64,000 bases of DNA from an uncultured Ignavibacterium sp. (GTDB lineage: Bacteria > Bacteroidota > Ignavibacteria > Ignavibacteriales > Ignavibacteriaceae): the NCBI GenBank assembly GCA_937125135.1, contig CAKZLD010000146.1, positions 1,799 through 65,798 on the forward strand, given 5' to 3'. The notes under the pieces were generated by a model. It did no database searches. It had not been told where the DNA came from and saw nothing but the letters and a program-made list of their open reading frames with translations. Below, piece by piece: positions 9,595 to 19,006 of the stretch. The position numbers and the translations under genes are program-made. Position 1 is the first letter of the stretch. Each line of letters starts with the position of its first letter.

Positions 9595-11264
9595 TTAACA
9601 AATTAATATTATTGATTTTTTTTATATCTGTTTCAAAAATAATTGGACAGGAAATTTCGCAGAGTAAATTGGATTCGATTTACAATTTGTATGTTCTAAT
9701 AAGGACTGGTGAGCAAATTGGAGAAAAACCGATCAGTATTTCTCACGATCAACGAAAATGCGGTTTCGAGGTTGCCGCAAGTGTAGTTTCTAATTTTAAT
9801 AGATTTTCCAAATTGCAACAATCGGTACTAACTTCTCTTTTTCAGAGACCAGTTCTTGATACGAGTATTGTAACCCCTTCAGGATTTTTCAGAATTCATT
9901 ATAATAAATCAGGCTCTTCAGCTCCGAGTTATTCCCTTCAAGAATTAGCTAAAGCACTTGATTCTGTTTATAATTTTGAAGTCCGATATCTCGGCTATCC
10001 GCCCCCTCCGCCTGATAATGGGATCGGTGGAGATAATAAATTTGATATATACATTACTAATCTTGGTGCGGATTATTATGGATTCACGCAACCAGAAACT
10101 CATCTTGGGAATGAACGTTATACAAGTTTTACAGTAATAGATAATGATTATTTGGGATATCCAACTACCGGAATAAATGGTGCAAAAGTTACTGTTGCAC
10201 ACGAGTTTCATCACGCTATTCAAATTGGAAATTACATTTACAGAGAGTCAGATATATTCTATTACGAAATAACTTCCACTGCTATGGAAGAATTTGTGTT
10301 TGATGATATAAACGACTACTATTTTTATTTATCCGATTACTTTAATAATCCATCGAGACCTTTTTTGCTAAATAATGGATACAATCTTTCTATATGGAAT
10401 TTATTTCTCCAAAAAAATTTCGATCATCAACTTTTAAAAAGAATCTGGGAACTGATGCCTAATAACAGAGCTTTAACATCCATTGCTTTGGCTATAAATG
10501 AAAGAGGTTCAACATTTAAAGAACAATTAAGCAAATTTGGAATTTGGAATTATTACACCGGCTACAGAAATTTCCCCGGCAGATACTACGAAGAGGCACA
10601 AAATTATCCGATGATAAAAACTACAGATCCGATGCCTTTCTCACCACCATCGCGTTCTTATACAATGAGAAGTCGGGCAACTACAAATTACTATTTAAAA
10701 ATAAATTCAGGTTTAGATTCATTGGTTGTGATATTATCTAATTCCGACATCGTTAGTGGAATTGACAGCACTGAAAAAACTTTTCCTTTTGTTTACACAC
10801 TTTATAATGATACTTCGAAGGGCTCAAGGAAACTTGCGGGCATTTTTTCTGCAGATTTTGAAACTTTAAATCCTCTCCATCAATCGTTTTATAGCGTTTC
10901 TGAAATTCTCAATGATATAGTTGTTAATGGGGACACAAGCTTTTCCCCACAAAAGAGTGATAAAGAGATATTTCCTTTTCCCAATCCATATCGTTTTAAT
11001 GAAAATTATATTCTTGGAAAAATTTTGAATATTCAAGTGAATAAAAGTTTTCATGATGAAGTTGATTTTTATGTTTATTCTTCTTCTATGAATCTGATTT
11101 ATAACAATTTTCACAAATTGGTCTTCCTCCCAAATGGTACAAAAGGAATTAAGTGGGATTTAAGAGATAATAACGGGAACTATGTTCCCTCCGGAGTTTA
11201 CTTCATATCAATAAAAGTTGGAGTTAATGTTTTCAAAGACAAAGTTGTGATTTTCAATGAGTAA
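9591..11264 (+). CDS. Secreted putative zinc metalloprotease (HExxH) with T9SS C-terminal sorting domain
   Basis: Signal peptide MINKLILLIFFISVSKIIGQ. HExxH occurs in VTVAHEFHHAIQIGNY. The tail, FPFPNPYRF...DFYVYSSSMNLIY...GVYFISIKVG...VVIFNE, resembles the Por secretion tail. The TTG start overlaps the upstream TGA. Confidence 0.6.
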   Translation: MINKLILLIFFISVSKIIGQEISQSKLDSIYNLYVLIRTGEQIGEKPISISHDQRKCGFEVAASVVSNFNRFSKLQQSVLTSLFQRPVLDTSIVTPSGFFRIHYNKSGSSAPSYSLQELAKALDSVYNFEVRYLGYPPPPPDNGIGGDNKFDIYITNLGADYYGFTQPETHLGNERYTSFTVIDNDYLGYPTTGINGAKVTVAHEFHHAIQIGNYIYRESDIFYYEITSTAMEEFVFDDINDYYFYLSDYFNNPSRPFLLNNGYNLSIWNLFLQKNFDHQLLKRIWELMPNNRALTSIALAINERGSTFKEQLSKFGIWNYYTGYRNFPGRYYEEAQNYPMIKTTDPMPFSPPSRSYTMRSRATTNYYLKINSGLDSLVVILSNSDIVSGIDSTEKTFPFVYTLYNDTSKGSRKLAGIFSADFETLNPLHQSFYSVSEILNDIVVNGDTSFSPQKSDKEIFPFPNPYRFNENYILGKILNIQVNKSFHDEVDFYVYSSSMNLIYNNFHKLVFLPNGTKGIKWDLRDNNGNYVPSGVYFISIKVGVNVFKDKVVIFNE

Positions 11265-11886
11265 TTATTCTCTCGAAATTAAAAATCTTACAAAGAATTT
11301 TGGCAGAAGGTTAATCTTTCGTGATATAAATTATCTCGTCAGCTCTGCTTCCATTGTTGGAATTTCAGGTAACAATGGTTCAGGCAAATCAACTTTTATG
11401 AAAATAATTGCAGGGGTTTTATCGCCTAATAAAGGAGAAGTAATTCATTCATTAAATGGTAAAAAAGTCATCAACGACAAATTATTCAACCATATTGGCT
11501 TTGTATCACCTTATCTTGTTCTATATGAAGAATTTTCTGCTGAAGAGAACCTGATAATCTTTTCAAAAATCAGAGGAATTAATTACGATTCAGATTACAT
11601 TAAATTACTTTTTGAAAAAATGAACTTATTTAATAGAAGAAGAGACGCCGTAAAAACTTATTCCTCAGGAATGAAGCAGAGACTGAAATACTTATTCGCT
11701 TTAATGCACAAACCCGAATTATTGCTTCTGGATGAGCCGACTTCCAATCTTGATAATGAAGGCAAAGAAACAGTATATAATTTGGTTAATGAATATTCAA
11801 AAGATCAAATTGTTATTATTGCATCGAATGAAGAGCAGGACTTGAAATTGTGCGGTGATATTATTTACTTAGAAAACTATAAATGA
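11257..11886 (+). CDS. ccmA: Heme exporter ATP-binding protein CcmA
   Basis: Walker A GNNGSGKST, signature YSSGMKQRL and Walker B LLLLDEPTSNLD. The protein is ~209 aa and precedes ccmB/ccmC. Confidence 0.8.
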   Translation: MSNYSLEIKNLTKNFGRRLIFRDINYLVSSASIVGISGNNGSGKSTFMKIIAGVLSPNKGEVIHSLNGKKVINDKLFNHIGFVSPYLVLYEEFSAEENLIIFSKIRGINYDSDYIKLLFEKMNLFNRRRDAVKTYSSGMKQRLKYLFALMHKPELLLLDEPTSNLDNEGKETVYNLVNEYSKDQIVIIASNEEQDLKLCGDIIYLENYK

Positions 11887-12563
11887 CATTCAAAAAGATG
11901 ATTAGTAAATCTTATAATTTATGTATTAAGGATATCAAATCTGAGCTAAGAACCAGATACGCTATAAATGCTTTGGTTATGTTTATCTTAGTTGCGATAA
12001 GTGTGATACTTTTTTCTATCGGAAATGAGAAAATACAACCCGAATTAACTGCAGGTTTGTACTGGGTTGTAATTTTTTTCTCTGCTATGAGTGGGCTTTC
12101 AAGAGCTTTTGTTTCAGAAGAAGAAAAAGGAACAACCCTTACCTTACATTTAATAGCTACCCCTGATACTATTTTTTCAGGGAAGCTTTTCTTTAATCTT
12201 ATTCTTACTTTTTTCATTAACATTATAATTACTCTACTTTATGCGGCATTTTTTGAGGGTTTTGTAGTTAATAATTTCATCTTATTTTTAGTTACGTTTA
12301 TTTTTGGCAATATCGGGCTTGCTATTTCCTCAACGATAATAGCTTCAATTATTGCAAAAGCTGGTTCGAAAGGAACTCTTTATCCAGTTCTTTCATTTCC
12401 GATTTTATTGCCACTTATACTTACTTGTGTCCAACTGACAATTTTCTGCTTTGATGGCACAAGCTTTGACAATGCTCTTTATGAGATGGCAATTGTTGTC
12501 AGTTATGATATTATTATGGTTACTATTTCTTATTTATTATTTGATTTTATTTGGAAAGAATAA
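11883..12563 (+). CDS. ccmB: Heme exporter membrane protein CcmB
   Basis: A 226-aa polytopic membrane protein in the ccmA-ccmC position. The start overlaps the ccmA stop as ATGA. Confidence 0.72.
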   Translation: MTFKKMISKSYNLCIKDIKSELRTRYAINALVMFILVAISVILFSIGNEKIQPELTAGLYWVVIFFSAMSGLSRAFVSEEEKGTTLTLHLIATPDTIFSGKLFFNLILTFFINIIITLLYAAFFEGFVVNNFILFLVTFIFGNIGLAISSTIIASIIAKAGSKGTLYPVLSFPILLPLILTCVQLTIFCFDGTSFDNALYEMAIVVSYDIIMVTISYLLFDFIWKE

Positions 12564-12592
12564 AAAACACTTTTTACTTAAATTCTGAAATT

Positions 12593-13288
12593 ATGTACTG
12601 GAAAATTTTATTATTTGTTTTAATGACTTTTGTTTCAATTGCAGGAATTGCATTTCCTATTGTTGAAAAGCCCTCAGTTTGGTATGAATTTCCATTTATT
12701 CCCGGATTAGGAGAAAATGCGAAAATTATTTTCTTTCACGTACCAACAGCTTGGCTAACAGTAATAGCTTTTTTAATGTCCTGTATTTATGGATTTAAAT
12801 ATCTTAAAAGCAAAAATCTGAATGATGATGTAAAAGCTTATGTTGCTAATCAGTTGGGAATAATTTTCTGTATTCTTGCAACTGTTACTGGTGCAGTTTG
12901 GGCAAAATTTGCATGGGGTGCATTTTGGAGTTGGGATCCAAGACAAACAAGTATTTTCGCTCTCCTATTAATATATGGTGCATGGTTCGCATTGCGATCG
13001 TCAATTGAATCTGAAGAAAAACGTGCAACTCTTTCTTCAGTTTATTCTATAATTGCTTTCGTTACTGTGCCGTTTTTTATTTTTATTATGCCTAGAATTA
13101 TGACTGGTTTACATCCCGGTTCTGCGGATGATGAAACTTCAGGTCCTATTGTTAACTTTAAGATGAATGAAAATATGTTGTTGATATTTTTTATTTCTCT
13201 AATAGCTTTTACAATTTTATATTTTTGGATGTGGAATATTGGTTATAAATCAATTTTACTAAAAGAAAAAATTCAAAAAAATTTTTGA
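12593..13288 (+). CDS. ccmC: Heme exporter protein CcmC
   Basis: Trp-rich heme-handling motif WGAFWSWDPRQT and conserved His (FFHVPTAW). I prefer ATG 12593 to the track TTG at 12551. Confidence 0.85.
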   Translation: MYWKILLFVLMTFVSIAGIAFPIVEKPSVWYEFPFIPGLGENAKIIFFHVPTAWLTVIAFLMSCIYGFKYLKSKNLNDDVKAYVANQLGIIFCILATVTGAVWAKFAWGAFWSWDPRQTSIFALLLIYGAWFALRSSIESEEKRATLSSVYSIIAFVTVPFFIFIMPRIMTGLHPGSADDETSGPIVNFKMNENMLLIFFISLIAFTILYFWMWNIGYKSILLKEKIQKNF

Positions 13289-13296
13289 GGTAGTTC

Positions 13297-13446
13297 GTGA
13301 TTCAATTTTTAACAGATAATGCAATTTATATCGTAATGATAATTGTCTTAATAGTTTGGACAGGTATATTCTTCTACCTTTTAGGTGTGGATAGGAGAAT
13401 AAAATCAATTGAAAAAGAAATAAATGGAGATAAAAATGAAGAATAA
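13297..13446 (+). CDS. ccmD: CcmD-family small membrane protein (49 aa); absent from the ORF track
   Basis: My translation from GTG 13297 is VIQFLTDNAIYIVMIIVLIVWTGIFFYLLGVDRRIKSIEKEINGDKNEE*. It has a single TM helix followed by a basic/acidic tail and sits exactly between ccmC and ccmE. Confidence 0.6.
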   Translation: MIQFLTDNAIYIVMIIVLIVWTGIFFYLLGVDRRIKSIEKEINGDKNEE

Positions 13447-13828
13447 ATATGTAATTGGCGGATTTATTATTGTTTTGTTTTTAGGTATCATGGGATATCT
13501 CTTTACTCAAAGCAATATAAAATATGAAAACAATTTTATTGTTGTAAAATCAACTAACAAAACAGTTAAAGCAACTGGCAGTTGGGTCAAAGAAAAAAAA
13601 TATTCCTATGACGCCGAGAATAATCTTTTCACCTTTTATATAAAAGATGATAAAGGTGAAGAAATGATGGTTGTATATCGGGGCGCTATGCCAAACAATT
13701 TTGAATCAGCTACGAGTGTTGTTGTTACAGGTTCATATCAGCAAAATTATTTTTATGCAAAGGATATTTTAACTAAATGTCCAAGCAAATATCAGGAACA
13801 ACCAAATACTCAGTCATCAAGTTTGTAA
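13436..13828 (+). CDS. ccmE: Cytochrome c maturation heme chaperone CcmE, Cys-type (CxxxY) variant
   Basis: N-terminal TM anchor MKNKYVIGGFIIVLFLGIMGYLF, an OB-fold-like body (VVYRGAMPNNFESATSVVVTG) and LTKCPSKY where canonical CcmE has HxxxY. I prefer ATG 13436; the track start 13424 overlaps ccmD more deeply. Confidence 0.8.
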   Translation: MKNKYVIGGFIIVLFLGIMGYLFTQSNIKYENNFIVVKSTNKTVKATGSWVKEKKYSYDAENNLFTFYIKDDKGEEMMVVYRGAMPNNFESATSVVVTGSYQQNYFYAKDILTKCPSKYQEQPNTQSSSL

Positions 13829-13869
13829 AAATGTTAAGGGGAGTGATTATTTAATTAAATGGAGTATCT

Positions 13870-16272
13870 ATGATTGGAAGTATCATATTAACATTTGCTT
13901 TAGTTTTTAGTATAATTTCTATGATAATGTATTACCTTAACTTTAAAGGTTATGGTAATACAATTTCTTATGCAAGAATATTTTATCATCTTACATCAAT
14001 TTTTGTAATTGTCGCTTCTACTTTTTTGTGGTATTATATCTTAACTCATCAATATCAGTATAAATACATTTTCAGTTACAGCAATAATTCCCTATCAACC
14101 GGATTACTACTTTCTTCTTTTTGGGGCGGGCAAGAAGGAAGTTTTATGTTGTGGATTTTGTTTACAGTAATTGTAGGAATTATTCTTCAATCCTATACAT
14201 CCAAAAGAGGAGATCTTGAACCAAGAGTAATGGCAGTGTTTACACTAGCTATTTCGTTTTTACTTTTGATGGTTTCTCCCTGGTTCAAAAATCCATTCGA
14301 ATATATTTGGACAACGCCAATTTTTGTTGATTTAAAATCTATAAACTCAAATTATTGGAATCTTCCATTTCTTCAACAATTTCTATTTCCTGATCCTCAA
14401 ACTAACACTACTTATGTTCAGGTTTCGTCTACTTTATTTGCATCTTTAGTTCAAAATGGAATTGATCCTAACACTTTCATTGTAAATGGCAGAGGATTAA
14501 ATCCGCAGTTACTTAATTTCTGGATGCAAATTCATCCACCAATTTTATTTGTTGGATTTGCAATGGCTACAGTTCCATTTGCATTTGCAGTTTCCGCACT
14601 TATGAAAAATGAATATAAAGATTGGGTCAATCAATCTTTCCCATGGTTATTGGCTGGTATCGGAATTTTAGGCTTAGGCATTATGCTTGGTGGATATTGG
14701 GCTTATGAAATGCTCGGATGGGGTGGATATTGGGCTTGGGATCCGGTTGAAAATTCTAGTTTGATTCCCTGGCTTATTGGAGTAGCAGCAATTCATACAA
14801 TGCTGGTACAAAAGAAAAGTCAATCTCAATCTGGCGAAATCGGAAGATATGTAAAAACAAATCTGATACTTAGTATTCTTGTTTATATATTAGTTCTTTA
14901 TAGTACATTTCTTACAAGGAGTGGTGTTTTGGGAGATGCATCTGTGCATTCGTTTGTTGATCCGGGAATGTTAGTCTATTTATTCCTTATAATTTTTATC
15001 AGTTCATTTACTCTACTGGGTGTTGGATTAATAGTTTATAGATGGAAAGATTTGCAATCTGAAACCCCGCAAGATGAAGGACTATTCTCACGTGAATTAT
15101 CATTATTTACAGCAGCAGTGGTTTTATGTGCCTCTGCAATCATAGTTTTTGTCGGAACATCTGCACCAATTGTAGGCAGGTCTGTTGACATTTCTTTTTA
15201 CAATGAAATGCACATTCCTTTGGCAATTATTATTGGGTTATTGAATGGACTAAGTCTTTTATTGAAATGGAAAACTACCTCTACTCTAGAACTTCTTAGT
15301 AATTCAGTCAAATATTTAGCAATAAGTATTGTCCTTACTGTTCTGATGATTCTTTTGGGTGGAATTTATGATGTTATGATGATTTTATTGGCTTTCTCCT
15401 CAATATTTACAATTATTGTAAATGGTGAAATAGCATTTAAGATTATTAAAAATAATCTTGATAAACTGGGAGCTTATGTAGCCCACATCGGATTGGCTAT
15501 TTTCATTTTAGGTGTGATTGGATCTTCAGCTTATAGCAAAGAGAAAACTCTGAATTTAGTTAAGAATAAACCAGTTGAAGCATTCGGTTACCAGATGGTT
15601 TTTACTGGTTATGAACCGATTGAAAATGCAACAAAGTATGCATTCAATATCAATATGAATAAAGATGGAAAAACTTACAATGCTTCACCGGTTATGTATA
15701 TTGCTGAATATAATAATAGTCTGATGAGAGAGCCGTCGATTGTAGTTTTGCCCACGAAAGATATTTACATCGCTCCATTAAGTTATGAACAAACCGGGGA
15801 CCATCATCACTCTGGATCAGTTTTAATTGAAAAAGGTAAATCAACTAAGTATGAAAATATAACTTTGACTTTTGAAAAATTTGAAATGGATTCCGATGTA
15901 ATGCAAGCAATGCAGGAAGGACGAGATTTTCAATTAGGAGCTGTTTTATCAGCTGTTTCAGATGATAAAAATATTACTTTCAAACTCTACAGAAAACAAA
16001 GTGGTAATAATGTTGAGTTAACATCTTTCGAATCAAAAGAACTGAATCTTAAAGTTGAATTACTAAATCTTTCTGCTCGAGGAGTTGAACTATCTTTATC
16101 GAAATTGGATCAACCGACACAAACCACAAAAAGAGAAACCGAAGAAGTTTTGGTTGTAAATGCAAGCATAAAACCTTTCGTTAGTTTGGTTTGGATTGGT
16201 GTATTAATAGTAGTTATCGGATTTTTTATTGCATTCAGCAGAAGATTAAAAGAGTCTCAAACAAGCAGTTGA
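13870..16272 (+). CDS. ccmF: Cytochrome c heme lyase / biogenesis protein CcmF
   Basis: An 800-aa polytopic protein with the WWD motif WGGYWAWDPVENSS, a periplasmic C-terminal domain and a final TM helix. Confidence 0.85.
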   Translation: MIGSIILTFALVFSIISMIMYYLNFKGYGNTISYARIFYHLTSIFVIVASTFLWYYILTHQYQYKYIFSYSNNSLSTGLLLSSFWGGQEGSFMLWILFTVIVGIILQSYTSKRGDLEPRVMAVFTLAISFLLLMVSPWFKNPFEYIWTTPIFVDLKSINSNYWNLPFLQQFLFPDPQTNTTYVQVSSTLFASLVQNGIDPNTFIVNGRGLNPQLLNFWMQIHPPILFVGFAMATVPFAFAVSALMKNEYKDWVNQSFPWLLAGIGILGLGIMLGGYWAYEMLGWGGYWAWDPVENSSLIPWLIGVAAIHTMLVQKKSQSQSGEIGRYVKTNLILSILVYILVLYSTFLTRSGVLGDASVHSFVDPGMLVYLFLIIFISSFTLLGVGLIVYRWKDLQSETPQDEGLFSRELSLFTAAVVLCASAIIVFVGTSAPIVGRSVDISFYNEMHIPLAIIIGLLNGLSLLLKWKTTSTLELLSNSVKYLAISIVLTVLMILLGGIYDVMMILLAFSSIFTIIVNGEIAFKIIKNNLDKLGAYVAHIGLAIFILGVIGSSAYSKEKTLNLVKNKPVEAFGYQMVFTGYEPIENATKYAFNINMNKDGKTYNASPVMYIAEYNNSLMREPSIVVLPTKDIYIAPLSYEQTGDHHHSGSVLIEKGKSTKYENITLTFEKFEMDSDVMQAMQEGRDFQLGAVLSAVSDDKNITFKLYRKQSGNNVELTSFESKELNLKVELLNLSARGVELSLSKLDQPTQTTKRETEEVLVVNASIKPFVSLVWIGVLIVVIGFFIAFSRRLKESQTSS

Positions 16273-16284
16273 TTTTATACAAGT

Positions 16285-16308
16285 AGAGACACGCAAAAGC
16301 GTGTCTCT
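16285..16308. terminator. Hairpin between convergent ccmF and kamA (possible bidirectional terminator)
   Basis: agagacacgc-aaaa-gcgtgtctct is a perfect 10-bp stem with a 4-nt loop. No clean U-tract follows on either side. Confidence 0.55.
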
Positions 16309-16315
16309 GTTAATT

Positions 16316-17479
16316 TCATAGTTCCTGAAGTATTTGAATTGGCGTTTTTTCTTTGTTTGTTTCTGATTTTTTTGACTTACCGTTTCCGTTTTTCCCATTC
16401 TTTCTTGAATCAGGACCGTAACCATTTATATTATTTCTATCAGCATAATTTTTATAAGTGAACAATTTATGTTGATAATTACGCATAATAATTTTTTCTT
16501 CATCGTGGTAGAGAACATAATTTGGAAGCAGAGGTATTTTTCCACCACCGCCGGGAGCATCAATTACAAAGTGAGGAACAGCTAATCCGGAAGTATAACC
16601 TCTGAGTGCTTCGATTATTTTTAATCCCGTTTCAACTGATGTCCTGAAATGATTTGCTCCTTTAGTTTCATCAGCCATATACATATAATAAGGACGAACC
16701 CTGATCTTCAACAATTTCTGAACGAGTTCCTTTACAACTTCCGGATCATCATTTACGCCTTTCATAACAACCATTTGATTACCGATCGGAATTCCTGCAT
16801 CAGCAAGCATTTCACAAGCTTTAGAACTTTCTGGAGTGATCTCCCATGGATGATTGAAATGAGTATTGCAATAAATCGGATGATACTTTTTAAGCATATT
16901 ACAAAGCTTCGGAGTTATCCTATGTGGGAGAACACAAGGCATTTTAGTTCCAAGGCGAATTATCTCGATGTGTTGAATTTGTCTTAATCTTTGTAGAATT
17001 TTTTCGAGCATTGCATCAGTCAACATCAAAGGATCACCTCCGGAGAGAATCACATCTCTGATTTCGGTATGTTCTTCAAGATATTTGAATGCGCTTTCAA
17101 GTCCACGCATAGAAATTTTTTTGTAGTTGCCGACTTTTCTTTTTCTCGTACAGAATCTGCAATACAAACCACATTGACTTGTAACAAGAAAAAGAGCTCT
17201 GTCTGGATAGCGATGAGTAATATTCGGAACAGGACTCATAGCATCCTCTAAAAGTGGATCTTCTTCGGCATCATAATCTTCTAATTCCTTTTTATCAGGA
17301 ACGCATTGAAGCCAGATTGGATCTCCCGGGTAACGGATTAGACTCAAATAATATGGATTGATACGAGCCTGAAAAAATTCATCCAGATCTTGAGCAACTT
17401 GTCTTTCTAAACCAAACTTTTCGACAAGCTGATCAACTGTGTGGACGCTGTCCCGTATCATCTGTTGCCATAGTTCCAT
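16316..17479 (-). CDS. kamA: KamA-family radical SAM aminomutase (lysine 2,3-aminomutase-like)
   Basis: CGLYCRFCTRK (CxxxCxxC), SGGDPL and FVIDAPGGGGKIPL are present. Both Asp positions that I align by eye to the lysine epsilon-amino-binding Asp residues of clostridial LAM are retained (YMYMAD, VIDAPGGGG). The tail is rich in Lys, Asn and Gly. Confidence 0.85.
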   Translation of the reverse strand: MELWQQMIRDSVHTVDQLVEKFGLERQVAQDLDEFFQARINPYYLSLIRYPGDPIWLQCVPDKKELEDYDAEEDPLLEDAMSPVPNITHRYPDRALFLVTSQCGLYCRFCTRKRKVGNYKKISMRGLESAFKYLEEHTEIRDVILSGGDPLMLTDAMLEKILQRLRQIQHIEIIRLGTKMPCVLPHRITPKLCNMLKKYHPIYCNTHFNHPWEITPESSKACEMLADAGIPIGNQMVVMKGVNDDPEVVKELVQKLLKIRVRPYYMYMADETKGANHFRTSVETGLKIIEALRGYTSGLAVPHFVIDAPGGGGKIPLLPNYVLYHDEEKIIMRNYQHKLFTYKNYADRNNINGYGPDSRKNGKNGNGKSKKSETNKEKTPIQILQEL

Positions 17480-17487
17480 TTTTATCC

Positions 17488-17970
17488 TCAGTTTTGCTTT
17501 TGATTGAAAAACTTCCCGAATATCAGAAGGTTATCTCCAACTGAATAAAAATCTTTTATCTCTCCAAGTATTGTGTAGTTATTTCTGAAATAAAAATTTT
17601 GTGTTGACAGATATTCTGCTTTGGATGATGTCTCGGCTATAATCCATCTGCCTTTTCTTTCTGAAACAAATTTCTCTGCATGTTCCAATAATTTTCTACC
17701 AATTCCTTCTCCTGACTTTTCAGGATCAGTAACAATCCAATATAAATCGTAAACAGCATCTGTTAATGGTCTTCTACCTGTGCAATGATATCCAACTATT
17801 TGATCTTCTTCTTCATAAACAAAAATATTATAATCAGTTTGATTCGGATCGTTTGCAGCAATGTTTACAAGTTCCATTGCAACTTTAATCTCTTCCTGAT
17901 TGAAGTTCGGAATCTTTTTCAATAACATCTCAATACTATTTACATCAGATGGCTTTAATGAGCGAATCAT
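17488..17970 (-). CDS. GNAT family N-acetyltransferase (160 aa)
   Basis: Acetyl-CoA motif A-like GEGIGRKLLEHAE within a typical GNAT length. The start overlaps the upstream ATP-grasp gene by 26 nt. Confidence 0.8.
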   Translation of the reverse strand: MIRSLKPSDVNSIEMLLKKIPNFNQEEIKVAMELVNIAANDPNQTDYNIFVYEEEDQIVGYHCTGRRPLTDAVYDLYWIVTDPEKSGEGIGRKLLEHAEKFVSERKGRWIIAETSSKAEYLSTQNFYFRNNYTILGEIKDFYSVGDNLLIFGKFFNQKQN

Positions 17971-19006
17971 ATTTCTTTCTTTCTAAAGCAAAACTTGTAA
18001 TCGTTTTTAATAGTTGATTGTAACTAATTCCTGCAGAGTTTGCAGCTCTTACAAAACCTGAATCAGGTGATATGTCAGGATTTGGATTTACTTCGATAAC
18101 GTAAGGAATATTTTCATTCGAAAGTCTTATATCCACACGAGCATAATCTCTGCAATTCATTACATCGTAAGCTCGCAAAGCTGTCTTTTCAATTTTCGAT
18201 TTAATTTTTTTATTAAGTTTAGCAGGACAAATCGGTTTAGTAAAATTGTAATATTCACTTCCTTCAATCCATTTACCTTCGTACGTCACGATTTTGGGAA
18301 ATTCTTCTGGTAATCCGGTGAAATCAATTTCAGATAGGGGAAGAACTTTACCGTTCAATATTGCAACGTTGATCTCTCTTCCTTCAATATATTCTTCGAG
18401 CAATATTTTTTTATTATATGTTTCAGATAAAAATTCGTAATGCTTTTTGAGTTCACTGAAATTTTTAACTACTGAGAATTCAGAAATTCCAATGCTTGCG
18501 TCCTCTTCATCTAACTTCATTATGATTGGAAACTGAAGTTTTATTTTTCTTGAGTTAATTTTTTGATTCGGATTCAACACATCAAATTTTGGAGTTTGTA
18601 TCCCGTATGAAGACAGAATGATTTTGGTTCTTTCTTTGTTAAGACAATTGCCAAGAGTTGAGGATATGTTTCCTGTAAATTGAATATTCATTATTTCAAA
18701 CAATCCTGCCACACAATATTCATAATTTGTAATACCTTCTACTGACTCAATGAAATTAACTACAGCATCAGGATTAAAGTCTTTTAACTTATCAATAAAA
18801 TTTTTAATGTTTTTATCAACTGCAAAAGTTTCAACTTCAGAAAACTCTTCGGATAAAATTTTTTTTATGTTATGAATCTGATCAGCAAAAGAATATTCAG
18901 AAAGATCAAGTGAATCAGAATTATTTGAAACAGGTTTCCCATTGTAAATGGAGAAGACACTTACAGGAGCATTGTAACAGACCAATATTTTAGCATTACG
19001 TTTCAT
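17945..19006 (-). CDS. ATP-grasp ligase, D-Ala-D-Ala-ligase-like (paralog 2)
   Basis: Ddl-like architecture: PDAVVNFIESVEG...FTGN, PIIMKLDEEDASIGIS, LLEEYIEGREINVAIL and ARVDIRL...YVIEVNPNPDIS. The start overlaps the paralog 1 stop as ATGA. Confidence 0.72.
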   Translation of the reverse strand: MKRNAKILVCYNAPVSVFSIYNGKPVSNNSDSLDLSEYSFADQIHNIKKILSEEFSEVETFAVDKNIKNFIDKLKDFNPDAVVNFIESVEGITNYEYCVAGLFEIMNIQFTGNISSTLGNCLNKERTKIILSSYGIQTPKFDVLNPNQKINSRKIKLQFPIIMKLDEEDASIGISEFSVVKNFSELKKHYEFLSETYNKKILLEEYIEGREINVAILNGKVLPLSEIDFTGLPEEFPKIVTYEGKWIEGSEYYNFTKPICPAKLNKKIKSKIEKTALRAYDVMNCRDYARVDIRLSNENIPYVIEVNPNPDISPDSGFVRAANSAGISYNQLLKTITSFALERKKYDSLIKAI

